The notes beneath the pieces are model-generated. The model ran no database searches. It was not told the DNA's origin and was given only the letters and a program-made list of their open reading frames with translations. DNA of 63,412 nucleotides, counting the filler, from Neoconidiobolus thromboides FSU 785 (taxonomy: Eukaryota > Fungi > Entomophthoromycota): the NCBI GenBank assembly GCA_025603075.1. It is 6 parts of 6 records of this genome, joined end to end, with 100 filler letters (N's around TTAATTAATTAA, not from the genome) between each part and the next. Parts side by side here need not be neighbours in the genome. Positions count along the whole stretch, not along the records: positions 1 to 29,460 come from MU626491.1; positions 29,561 to 54,136 come from MU626517.1; 4 more parts are not named here. The stretch is one strand, 5' to 3'. The position numbers were made by a program, and so were the translations under genes. Positions 25,723 through 35,569 of the stretch are shown one piece after another. Numbering within the stretch: the stretch's first letter is position 1; every line of letters starts with the position of its first letter.

Positions 25723-25822
25723 TGGGGATGTATTTTTGTGTTTAAGAATTTCACTAATAATTTTTCCGCTTAAATAGCGCTTAAAAATGGAAAAAATAAC
25801 GAAGTCAAAAAAAACACTCCCA
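25723..25822 (+). mobile_element. MITE copy (A)
   Basis: TA|TGGGGATGTATTTTTGTGTTTAAG...AAATAGCGCTTAAAAATGG...CACTCCCA|TA. Confidence 0.9.
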
Positions 25823-25900
25823 TATCATTAATAAAGAATTATTATTAATCAATTTTTTAGCATAATTAAACTCCATTTCTTTCTTTCTAAATAAAATAAT

Positions 25901-26000
25901 TGGAGGATGTTTTTTTTTATTTCATTACTTTTTCCATTTTTAAGCGCTATTTGGGTGGAAACATTGTTAGTAAATTCTTAAATACAAAAATACATCCCCA
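25901..26000 (-). mobile_element. MITE copy (B)
   Basis: TGGAGGATGTTTTTTTT...TAAGCGCTATTTGGGTGGAAACATTGTTAG...TACATCCCCA. Confidence 0.88.
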
Positions 26001-26163
26001 TTTATTAAATACATTTATAAATAGAAAATATTTAATAAAATATTAAAAAAGTTTTTTATGAAATAATTTTCAAAATCAGCTAAAACTTTAATTTTATTCT
26101 TAATTAATAGTTTTTTAGTCAATTTTAAATTATTATTAAAGTTTAAATAGTTTTTAAATAAAG

Positions 26164-26627
26164 TGTGAAATCTGGTACTCAAGGTTTGGAGTCAAGGACA
26201 GCTATTGCTGGGTTGACTACACTATAAGTCGAAAGGTCTTAGTTTATGTGACTAAGATAGACTTGGATTATGAGGAATAGCATGTAATAGGTTACAAGCT
26301 ATATAAGACAGATAGAATAGACAATACTAATGTAAAATCTACGTAAAATACTATTAAAAAAACTTAGTGGCTTTATTAAATGTTCGGGATATCAGGGAAT
26401 AATTCAGTTAAAAAGCCTCGAGCTATTATGTTTTAGAATCTCTTTTATACTCCAGTAAGTATAAATATCAAAACGAGGGGAGAATATTCCTTGAGATGAA
26501 GATAGAAATTCTCATAGCAAATCAAAATAAGAACGTGGAATTGATTTTCTCTGAACTCAAGAACATAACAGCTTAGGCGATTGTTATGCTATAATTAACC
26601 ATGGGACTGACAAAGCGATATTTCACA
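26164..26627 (+). mobile_element. Solo LTR, 464 bp
   Basis: Starts TGTGAAAT and ends ATTTCACA (TG...CA with an 8-bp terminal inverted repeat). Flanked by a 4-bp direct repeat AAAG (26160-26163, 26628-26631); internal TATATAA near 26300; homologous copies at 1-304 and 54237-54331. Confidence 0.85.
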
Positions 26628-26688
26628 AAAGTAATACAATTTAACGATAGCCTAGAAAGTTTAAAATCACTAATATAACTTGGTAATA

Positions 26689-26788
26689 TGGGGATGTATT
26701 TTTGTGTTTAAGAATTTACTAACAATGTTTCCACCCAAATAGCGCTTAAAAAGTGGAAAAAATAATGAAGTCAAAAAAAACACTCCCA
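26689..26788 (+). mobile_element. MITE copy (A)
   Basis: TA|TGGGGATGTATTTTTGTG...ATAGCGCTTAAAAAGTGG...CACTCCCA|TA. Confidence 0.9.
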
Positions 26789-26979
26789 TATAGTTAATTT
26801 TTAGTTAATATTTTTTTTAACTATTTCTTTTTATAGATATAGTTTTGAAAAAGCTTATTAAGCTTTCAAATACCTTGTAGTTTATAAGTTTATTTATAAT
26901 ATTTTTTATTAATGTTGTATTATATTAATACTGAATTTTACTGATAATATTTAGTATAATATTTATTTTGTATATTATA

Positions 26980-27077
26980 TGGCAGTATTTTTTTTGACTT
27001 TCATCACTTTTTCTATTTTTTAAGTCCTATTTGGGTGGGAAAGCTATTGATAAAATTCTTAAAAAAATACATCCCTA
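26980..27077 (-). mobile_element. MITE copy (B, diverged)
   Basis: TA|TGGCAGTATTTTTTTTGACTT...TAAAATTCTTAAAAAAATACATCCCTA|TA. Confidence 0.75.
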
Positions 27078-27966
27078 TATTAAGTTTTTTATTTAAAACT
27101 TTAATAAAATAAAAATTAAACAAATATAAATTGATAATTTATTACTTAGATAAAAAATTTATTTATTGTTTTTAATAAATATGATTTTGACAAAAATTCT
27201 ATTGTATGTTATAGAAAATTTACACAGGTTATTTTTAGTATATTAAAGACTAACTTTACAAGCCATAAAACTTGAATAATCTCTATAAAATACACTATAG
27301 TTGTATAAAGTATAAGTTTGATAGTTTATACAATTTAACTATTAGAGTGCATTTCAACTTATCCTTATACTGTTTTTCCACTCTATTATTTTTATAATTT
27401 ACTACACATCTACTAGTTTTCTCATAAAGCTACCAATTGTTTAGCTAATATCCAGTATTTTGCTAGTGGAGTAAAATATAACTTTAAATTTAATCATTTA
27501 ATAGTAAAAGCGCTGAGCTTAATAATACAAGTTCTCAGTTTTCTTTAGAAATATAACGTAAAATCAACAACAATCTTTAATTTAAAAGCATTTCTATGTT
27601 TGTAAGCAAAATTACACACATCTATGAGTCCTTTAACCATGTGTTAGAAAAAAAGGAACACAACCTGGATATTAAAACAACTAACTTTATTGAGTAATAA
27701 TTTAAATAATTATTTTTATTTCTTGAATTATGAATTTATGATACTTCGGGGTAAAATTAACATTTAAAACTGCTATGATAGAATTTCTATATTTAAAATT
27801 TTAAAGCATAGCAAATGAATATGTTTAGTACAAAACTCATTTATCAAATTCAGTAATACAAATTAGTGGAGAAAGAAAGGGAATTAAAAGACAACTCATA
27901 AGTAAATAAAGAAATACAAATAGGCATATATATAAACAGAAGATGGCAAGAATACATGATTAGAAA

Positions 27967-29460
27967 ATGTTGACAACTTTAAAATTTACCGATGACATAC
28001 AAGAAAGAAAATACCATGGTGATTTAACAGCCAAAGAAAACGTTTATTTAATTATAAAACAAGCGAAGCGTGAAATACCAGACTATTTTAAATCTTTCTT
28101 CCCTATATTTAGTTGGCTTCCAAATTACAATCGTAAATGGATATTACAAGATATGATAGCTGGAATCACTGTAGGAATCATGCTTGTTCCTCAATCTTTA
28201 GCTTATGCAAAACTAGCTAATTTACCATTAGCTTATGGCTTATACACCTCTTTCATATGTCCAATTTTATATCCGCTGATGGGCACCTCTAGGGAAGTCT
28301 CTGTTGGCTCTACAGCCATGTTGTCTCTAATAATAGGCTCTACTATTACTAGAGTAACAAAAATTAATCCTGATTTTTCACCAGTAGATATTGCAGTTGC
28401 TTTGACTTTCTTAAGCTCTATTATTACGGCTATTTTGGGAATATTTAAGTTAGGAATCATTTTAGATTTAATACCAAAACCAGTAATTATGGGCTTTACT
28501 TCGGGTGCTGCTTTAACAATTATTTTAACTCAAGTGCCTACCCTCCTTGGAATTCCAAATGTATCTTCAAGTGATTCAACTACAACTGTTATTTATAACT
28601 TATTTTCGAATATTCCTAAACTTGACTGGGTAGATTTAGTGTTTGGTTTGTGTTCTTTATCATTTATATTTACTTTGAATTTTGTATCTAAAACTCTAAG
28701 TCCAAAGTACCCAGTTATGAGATTCTTAAAAGGGCTTTCAATTGGTTTAACTGTGTTGATATTTACAATCATTTCGTTTGTGGTGTTTAAAACTCGACCC
28801 GATTTTGATTTGAAAATCGTTAAAACGGTACCCCAAGGCTTTGGTTATATAGGAACGCCCAACCTTGACCCCAAGCTGTTAGCTGAAGTTTCTCTTGATT
28901 TATTGCCTGTGATTTTAATTGGGGTTTTAGAACATGTAGCTTTATGTAAAGCTTTTGCAAGACAAGCTAGTTATCAAATCTCATCTTCTCAGGAGTTATT
29001 TGCCTTAGGAGTCAGCAATTTATGCGCTTCATTCTTTTCAGCCTATCCTGCCACCGGCTCTTTTACAGGATCTGCCATAGTCGCACAATCAGGAGTTCAT
29101 ACCCCATTGGCTAGCTCTTTTACAGGAATAGTTGTATTAATGGCAATAAGCTTCCTTACACCAGCCTTTTTTTATATCCCAAATGCTACTTTGGCTGCAA
29201 TTATTGTTGTTTCGGCTTCTTCATTAATATCTTCCTATAAGACTGTTTTTCATTTATGGAAAATTCAGCCTATGGATTGTTTAGTTTTTCTATTAGCAGC
29301 ATTCGCTACATTCTTTGCAGGAACTGAGATCGGTATTGGATCTTCCTTAGGCTTAGCTTTTTTAGTATTAATCTATCGCATTGCACGTCCACACCTTTAT
29401 TTATTATCTCAAGTTATTAATCGAACCAATGTATTTATTGACCATAAACATCCAGCTTAT
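27967..29460 (+). CDS. SulP/SLC26 permease paralog, 3' end lost in an assembly gap
   Basis: Colinear with the 22201-24450 protein (FKSFFPIFSW, VPQSLAYAKLANLP, LEHVALCKAFARQASYQ, IARPHLYLL); runs into the Ns at 29461 before the STAS domain. Confidence 0.92.
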
Positions 29461-29560
29461 NNNNNNNNNNNNNNNNNNNNNNNNNNNNNNNNNNNNNNNN
29501 NNNNTTAATTAATTAANNNNNNNNNNNNNNNNNNNNNNNNNNNNNNNNNNNNNNNNNNNN
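29461..29560. other. Artificial contig linker (N44-TTAATTAATTAA-N44)
   Basis: Six-frame stop linker, identical at five places. Confidence 0.95.
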
Positions 29561-30056
29561 AAAATAAAGTCAAATAAAGTCAAATAACTGTGTTTATATA
29601 ATTATGTATTTATATAATTATATAATCATATAGTTATATATTATATATCTGTTAAATATCTAACAGAACTAACATAAAATATATAGTTAGGAAAATTAGC
29701 TATTTAAGAAAAGGAAACAATTAAAATAAGTTTTAAATAGAGACATTTAATTTTAGGCTTTTTAGATTTAACCGTTATATTGAACACAAACTTGGAATTT
29801 TAAATTTGGATTAATTTCTAAGTAGATTCTGAAACCAATTAGGACAGCCCCATATTACTTTTTAAATGTAATGGTTAAATGAAATGGTTTGCATAGTAAA
29901 ATTTAAATATTTCTAACTATTAATAATCATACGATATCCTTATAATATAATTTGATAGTTTAAAAAATTGTATAAGCTATTATAAAAAAGTAGAAGGTAT
30001 TCAAAAGTAACAAGTTCAACAAAGATTGTCAGTGTTTGTGGATAAATGTCAGGATA

Positions 30057-30205
30057 TGTGAGTGTTTTTTTAGCTTCATCACTTTTTCCATTTTTAAGCG
30101 CTATTGAGCGGAAAGATAATAAATTCTTTAAAAAAATCTTACTAATAGTTATTCCGCTCAAACAGTGCTTAAAAATGGAAAAAGTGAAGTTAAAAAAACA
30201 CCTCA
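30057..30205. mobile_element. Head-to-head fusion of two MITE copies (palindromic composite)
   Basis: Left arm is orientation B and right arm orientation A; both inner termini are deleted; outer ends TA|TGTGAGTG...CACCTCA|TA. Confidence 0.8.
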
Positions 30206-30254
30206 TATATTATTTAATAACAATCAAAGAATAAACATGAGTTGACATTATATA

Positions 30255-30349
30255 TGAGGGTATTTTTGTATTTAAGAATTTTACTAACAATTTTTTCGCT
30301 CAAATAGCGGTTAAGATGGAAAAAATGATGAAACTAAGAAACATCTCCA
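30255..30349 (+). mobile_element. MITE copy (A)
   Basis: TA|TGAGGGTATTTTTGTATTTAAGAATTTTACTAAC...ACATCTCCA|TA. Confidence 0.85.
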
Positions 30350-30527
30350 TAAAGATAGATTGTTAATAACTTTCGAAATGCAGAAAAATTTATGAACTAT
30401 TCTACTCATTTAATTAGTTTACTAACTTTTATTGAAATTGATAAAAAATCAACTTATAAACAACTAATATTTACACTCATAAGTACTTCTACTGGATCAT
30501 CTTTAGCTATAAATTATAACCCAATCC

Positions 30528-31565
30528 TTATTTTCTAAATTTTAAAAGATTATTGAACTCTCTCCGAATAGTTGTATGTAATGACAAAGCCAACAAAGGG
30601 TTAACCAACTGAGCCATATTGAAGGTACAAATAATGACAATATCTAAAACCAGAGACCATGGCTTAAAAGTTATTGTTGATAACCACCAACTCAGAAGGT
30701 TGGGTATAAAACAAGTGACATAAATTGAAATAAATAAAAAGCCTCTTAAAATTACCTTCAATTTCATTTTTTTGGGATAAATTTGAAAATCTGGTTCTAC
30801 ATTCGTACTAGTAGTAAACTGCGTGTTATTACTATTGACACATGTACTGGCAGAGGTTGATGTACTAAAAATACTTCTTTCCCCTCTAGATTGATATTTA
30901 GCTCGTAATGGCTCTAAAGTCACTCTAGGGACCCCTATTTCTCTGGTTAACCTACCAACATATTTTTTACCAGTGAGGATGATATTAAGGTAGCAAAAAG
31001 TGACTGACAACAAAGACATATTGAAACTAACAAATAAGTAGTAAAAGTAAGGGATACCTAAAGGATTTTCAACTGGCGAAACAGTACAATAACCTCCAGA
31101 AGTGGTAGTCTTGAAACAATAGGTGGAGGCTGCCATAATTCCAAAAATAAGGCCAACAATGATATAGATCATACCTAAAGTCAAACTCCATTGGCAAGCA
31201 TTGGCTTTACTTTTACATATTAAAAAGTAGCGCTCAAAGCTCAATAGTGTGATAAATACTAAGGAGCATACATCCATTAAGGTCACAGAAATACCTGCAA
31301 TCTGACACCAGATAGGACTGATTTTATTGAAATCAATATTTAAGTAATATTTAGCTAATGATACTGTTAGGATGATTATGCATAATAATGAGTCAACAAT
31401 GGATAAATAAAGAACTAATTTTATATCAATAGACCATGTCCATTTTTTTCTGGTTAGTACAGCGATAAGTAAAATATTTAGTAGTAAGCCTAAGACGCTC
31501 ACTACTACTATCCACCAGATTGTTAGTTTGCTGATAAAGTCTTGGTCAATTTCGATATCTCCCAT
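30528..31565 (-). CDS. Rhodopsin-family (class A)-like 7TM receptor, intronless, 345 aa
   Basis: Seven hydrophobic segments; TM1 Asn (GLLLN), TM2 LSIVD, TM3 Cys (WCQ) and ERY, ECL2 Cys (SGGYC), TM6 FIP, TM7 VNPLL. Confidence 0.85.
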   Translation of the reverse strand: MGDIEIDQDFISKLTIWWIVVVSVLGLLLNILLIAVLTRKKWTWSIDIKLVLYLSIVDSLLCIIILTVSLAKYYLNIDFNKISPIWCQIAGISVTLMDVCSLVFITLLSFERYFLICKSKANACQWSLTLGMIYIIVGLIFGIMAASTYCFKTTTSGGYCTVSPVENPLGIPYFYYLFVSFNMSLLSVTFCYLNIILTGKKYVGRLTREIGVPRVTLEPLRAKYQSRGERSIFSTSTSASTCVNSNNTQFTTSTNVEPDFQIYPKKMKLKVILRGFLFISIYVTCFIPNLLSWWLSTITFKPWSLVLDIVIICTFNMAQLVNPLLALSLHTTIRREFNNLLKFRK

Positions 31566-32802
31566 CTTTAATTTTCAAAGTTTCAACTTAATAAAGAGAA
31601 AGTGGTATTTATAGTAGAGATGATTTTTAAAGAATTGTTTTGGAAATTTAGTATAGCATTAACAAACTACTGCTTAATTTTGTTTAAGTTAATCTTTGTA
31701 GATTTATTACAGTGTGTATTTTTCTGCATAAAAATAAACTTATTTTTATAGTTTATTAAACTTTGTAGCCAAGTTATTTCGTCAAGCTTTAAATTATATA
31801 TAGTTAACTCTATAACCTGTTATAAAAATAATTAATTAAGCACTAACAAAGAAAAGACTCAAGATTGTATTAAGGCTTTCATTAATAAGGTGACTAGTAT
31901 ACAAAACCACATAAAACCTATCAAAAACAAGCTAAACATTCAAATTCGTAGCTAAATTTGCTTTAATTTCACAATAAAAATAACTTTAACTATTTTTAGT
32001 ATAAATTCTGGCTATAGTGAATCAATTTATAGTCAGCGGTGTTGCTATAGTTTATTTTTCCACTGTTCTATTACAAATAAGTTTGCTATTTCCTGACTAT
32101 TTATTGTAGCGAGGATTTGATTTAGTCACCTAGTTTAAAGTATAAACGTTTGATGGAAGTTTATGAGTTGTATTAAATAAGTGGACTTAAATTTTGGATC
32201 ATTATTGGTGAATTTTCGTATTAAAAAGTATAACCTAAATAACTATGGTAGCCAGCGATAGCAATTCTATTGTATGTCTTTACTCATGTTATCAATGTTT
32301 GTTTTCAAACTGTTAGTTGATGGAGTTCAAAGAATTAGGATATAAGTACTAAACTCTCCTTTCTCAAAAGAAGTGCTAGTTTTTATATCATTTATAACAA
32401 AATAACTTGTTTATCAAACAGCCGCTAAAAGTTTGTTTTTTAAACCGAATTAAGCTGTATTCTTATTTTTGCTTTAGCGGCACATAGTAATATTTAAAAA
32501 AATCAAATTTTACAGCTGTTATAGCTCTATCGCGGCTTAATTAAGTGTCCATTTAAGAATAGAATTTTAAAATCAGGCGAAAACAATAAAGCAAGGCGTT
32601 AAAAAAATCAAATAAGCAAATAACTGACTGCAAAAATTATAGCAAATTAAGTCGCAATAAGGCTGCAACAGTTATATACAATTAAAGATAAAATCATTTT
32701 GGAACAAATTGCTTTAAATTCTAATTCTAATATTCTTTTTAACAAAGTACAAGTCGATTTTAAATTATGAATTAATAAATTAGATATTATGTTTTAACAA
32801 AT

Positions 32803-34011
32803 TTATTTAAAATACTTCTTAGCAAATTCTTCAAACTTAGCTAAAGCTATAGGAAAATTAGTACGGCCAAAGCCCAGTCTAACATAATGATCGTAAAGAG
32901 CAGATTTTGAAGGATCAAAATTAGTTCCTGGTGCCAAAAGAACACCGAATTCATTTAATAAAATATCACAAAAGTTATTAGTAATAGTATTCTCCTTAGT
33001 AACATTCTGTTTAAACACTGATGGTAAATTCTCCCAATTTAACTTCAAAAACCCAACAATCCCAGAATTAGGTTGAACCCATTCAAGATACTTGGAATAT
33101 TTGTTTAAAAACTGCTCAAATAGATTTAAATTTGTTTGATAAATTTGTAAATTACGTTTCAAAATTTTTTCCTTGTTTCTTAATGCTACTTTAGCTAAAA
33201 ACTCGGATGGTGCTGGGTTGGTAATTGTTGTGTAATCTTTACATTGTACTAAGGCCTCCAATAGTTTTAAATTTTGGGAAGCTGCCCAACCTAGACGTAT
33301 TCCTGGTAAGCTAAAAGATTTTGATAATACGCTTATTGAAATACAATTGTTATAAATCTGAGCAAATGAAGGTAATAGTAAGCCATCCTTATGTTCTGAA
33401 AATCGATTAACTTCATCTGCTAATAGAATGGTATCATATGGCTTAATGATATCAATAAGCTTCTTTTGTTGTTGTAAAGTAAAATGAAATCCGGTGGGAT
33501 TATGGGGCGTATTAATCAATAGCATTTTGACGCTTTCATCAATATTTTGTTCAATCTTTTTGAAGTCCAAGTCCCATTTCCCTTCTTCGTTAATAGTGGT
33601 AGGAATTTCAATAATCTCGCACCCTAAAGATCTAGGCAACTCATAATGTGATTGATAGCATGGTGTTTGTATCATTACTTTATCTCCCTCTTTTAATATC
33701 CCTTTACAGCTAGTAAAGATGACTTCTTGTGCACCAGTATGAATCAAAATATTCTCCTGATTGAAGTTGACGTTGGAGCCTTGTCCATTGTAGAGTAAGT
33801 CTGCTACTAACTCACGTAGCTCTGGATCTCCTGAACTCTCAGTGTAACCTAAGTGAAGGGACTCAAATTCCTCTCTTACTTTAGCTGGATCTTCACTAAG
33901 ATCAATCAACTCTCTGATAGTGTAGGATTGTGGATCAGAGCAACACAATAAGTATTTACTAGTAAACTCATGCTTGGCAAAAAAACGTTCTAACTCAAAG
34001 GGGTAAAACAT
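32803..34011 (-). CDS. PLP-dependent class I/II aminotransferase, bacterial-looking subfamily, intronless, 402 aa
   Basis: NTPHNPTG, LADEV and the PLP-lysine motif SVLSKSFSLPGIRLGW; N-terminus FELERFFAKHEFTSKYLLCCSD. Confidence 0.9.
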   Translation of the reverse strand: MFYPFELERFFAKHEFTSKYLLCCSDPQSYTIRELIDLSEDPAKVREEFESLHLGYTESSGDPELRELVADLLYNGQGSNVNFNQENILIHTGAQEVIFTSCKGILKEGDKVMIQTPCYQSHYELPRSLGCEIIEIPTTINEEGKWDLDFKKIEQNIDESVKMLLINTPHNPTGFHFTLQQQKKLIDIIKPYDTILLADEVNRFSEHKDGLLLPSFAQIYNNCISISVLSKSFSLPGIRLGWAASQNLKLLEALVQCKDYTTITNPAPSEFLAKVALRNKEKILKRNLQIYQTNLNLFEQFLNKYSKYLEWVQPNSGIVGFLKLNWENLPSVFKQNVTKENTITNNFCDILLNEFGVLLAPGTNFDPSKSALYDHYVRLGFGRTNFPIALAKFEEFAKKYFK

Positions 34012-34051
34012 CCTTGATAATTTATGTTAAGAAATGCAAAAAAATGCGAGT

Positions 34052-34078
34052 TATTTATACTATTTTTTCGTTACGTCA
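34052..34078 (-). promoter_or_regulatory. TATA box (TATAAATA on the minus strand) and TGACGTAA motif upstream of the aminotransferase
   Basis: Motifs read at 34052-34059 and 34071-34078, about 40-70 bp from the ATG. Confidence 0.4.
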
Positions 34079-35569
34079 TAAGGACCAAGTATCAATAACT
34101 TACTTAAAGAATAGTTTAATTAAATTTTATAACTTGACAAAAGTTTTAAAAATAGCCAGCAATGTCATAGCCTCATTTTGATATTTTGATAAAAAAATCA
34201 TTAGTTTATTAAGTTTGATAAAACTCATGTTATCTGGAATAATCTAGTTCTAATTTACAATAAAAAGATGTTCATTATCAAAAATGTTGTCGCCTATTTC
34301 TTATTAGCATCAATAATTCGAATTTAAATGGGAAATTACAATCAAAAATCTAAAGCAACGTTATCACAGCACTTGTTAACAACCAATTTCTTTTCTTGAT
34401 TGTGTAAATAGGACTTTGGATTTAAAATTATAGCACGATAGCGGTATACAATGCCTATCTAATACAAACCTTACAGACTAGAGAAGATAAGTCGTGCGCA
34501 TTATAATTCTTTAATTTAATGTAACAGCTGATGAATGCATTTTGTAAAATGGATAGTTTAGATTTTTACGCAGTAAATTTATTCTTGTATCCACTTCAAG
34601 CAACAAAAAGAAACTCAGAAATTGAAGGTGATTGATTTTGGTAGATGTTAACCAGCTAGATAGTCGCTTTTTTGGTAAAGAATAAATCTTAATGAAACAA
34701 ATTGTTGATTAATTTCGGTAAAAATCCTTGACCCTTAACTCTAACAATAACCATAACCATAACCTTCCTAATCTAGTCTCATTAAATGTTAATATTAGAT
34801 ATCTTTTAAATCCGCTTAATGATTTTTTTGATTGGAATAGAACAACATCTAAAATCGGAAATTTTTTCAATGAAAAAACTACCTATCTGGTTAGTACTTC
34901 CTATCTGGGGCTTAATGAGATGCGAGATTAATAAATTGAAGTGGGAATTAGTTTTATATAGCTTGGGAATAAAACCATTTTTGGTCACATTGCTAATTTT
35001 CAAGCTTTAATTTTATTTTGCTTTCCTAGTACTTGTAATATGATACCAATTGAAGTTGTATGGTTAATAGTAGTTAATTTTAATAAATTGATTAAAACAA
35101 GTAAAAACAGAGCATGTTTTGTAAAATCATTATGTCCATATATATGTATATTTTTAACCGGAGTGATACTATGTATTAAATTCACATTGATAAAGGTAAG
35201 GTAGTATTAAAAAGCTTGCTTAATGATTTTACTTCTATTTAGTTGATTTTTTCATTTTTACTATTATGAATCTACAATTTAAATAAAGTTTATGCTAAAT
35301 ATATATACCATCATATGTTTAAACTTTTACTGAAGGCTATTTACGTCAATCCCATTAAAACTACTGTTTGTTGTAGCATAGCTTTTCTATACGGTCTACC
35401 AATAACCCTCACTATATCTTTAATATAACTCCTATTTTTCCTAGATTATGAAAAAACCTAGCCAATTTACCAAAAAAGGATATCTTGCTTTGACTTTCTA
35501 CTGCAAAAAAGCAAACACAAATTAAATCACATCATTCACTTTCTATCAAAAAACAACTATTCGATCAAT

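Noticed and set aside
29561-29590. Short tandem AAATAAAGTC repeat at a contig start
   Set aside because: Only two and a half units at a contig edge, where sequence quality is uncertain.
447-30234. Short ORFs such as 447-644, 6391-6609, 14964-15152, 21213-21446, 22002-22229, 29940-30206 and 30046-30234
   Set aside because: They are translations of MITE copies (recurring FKxYLSxKIxSKILK / KNFTxNFSTQIALKKWK words), not genes.
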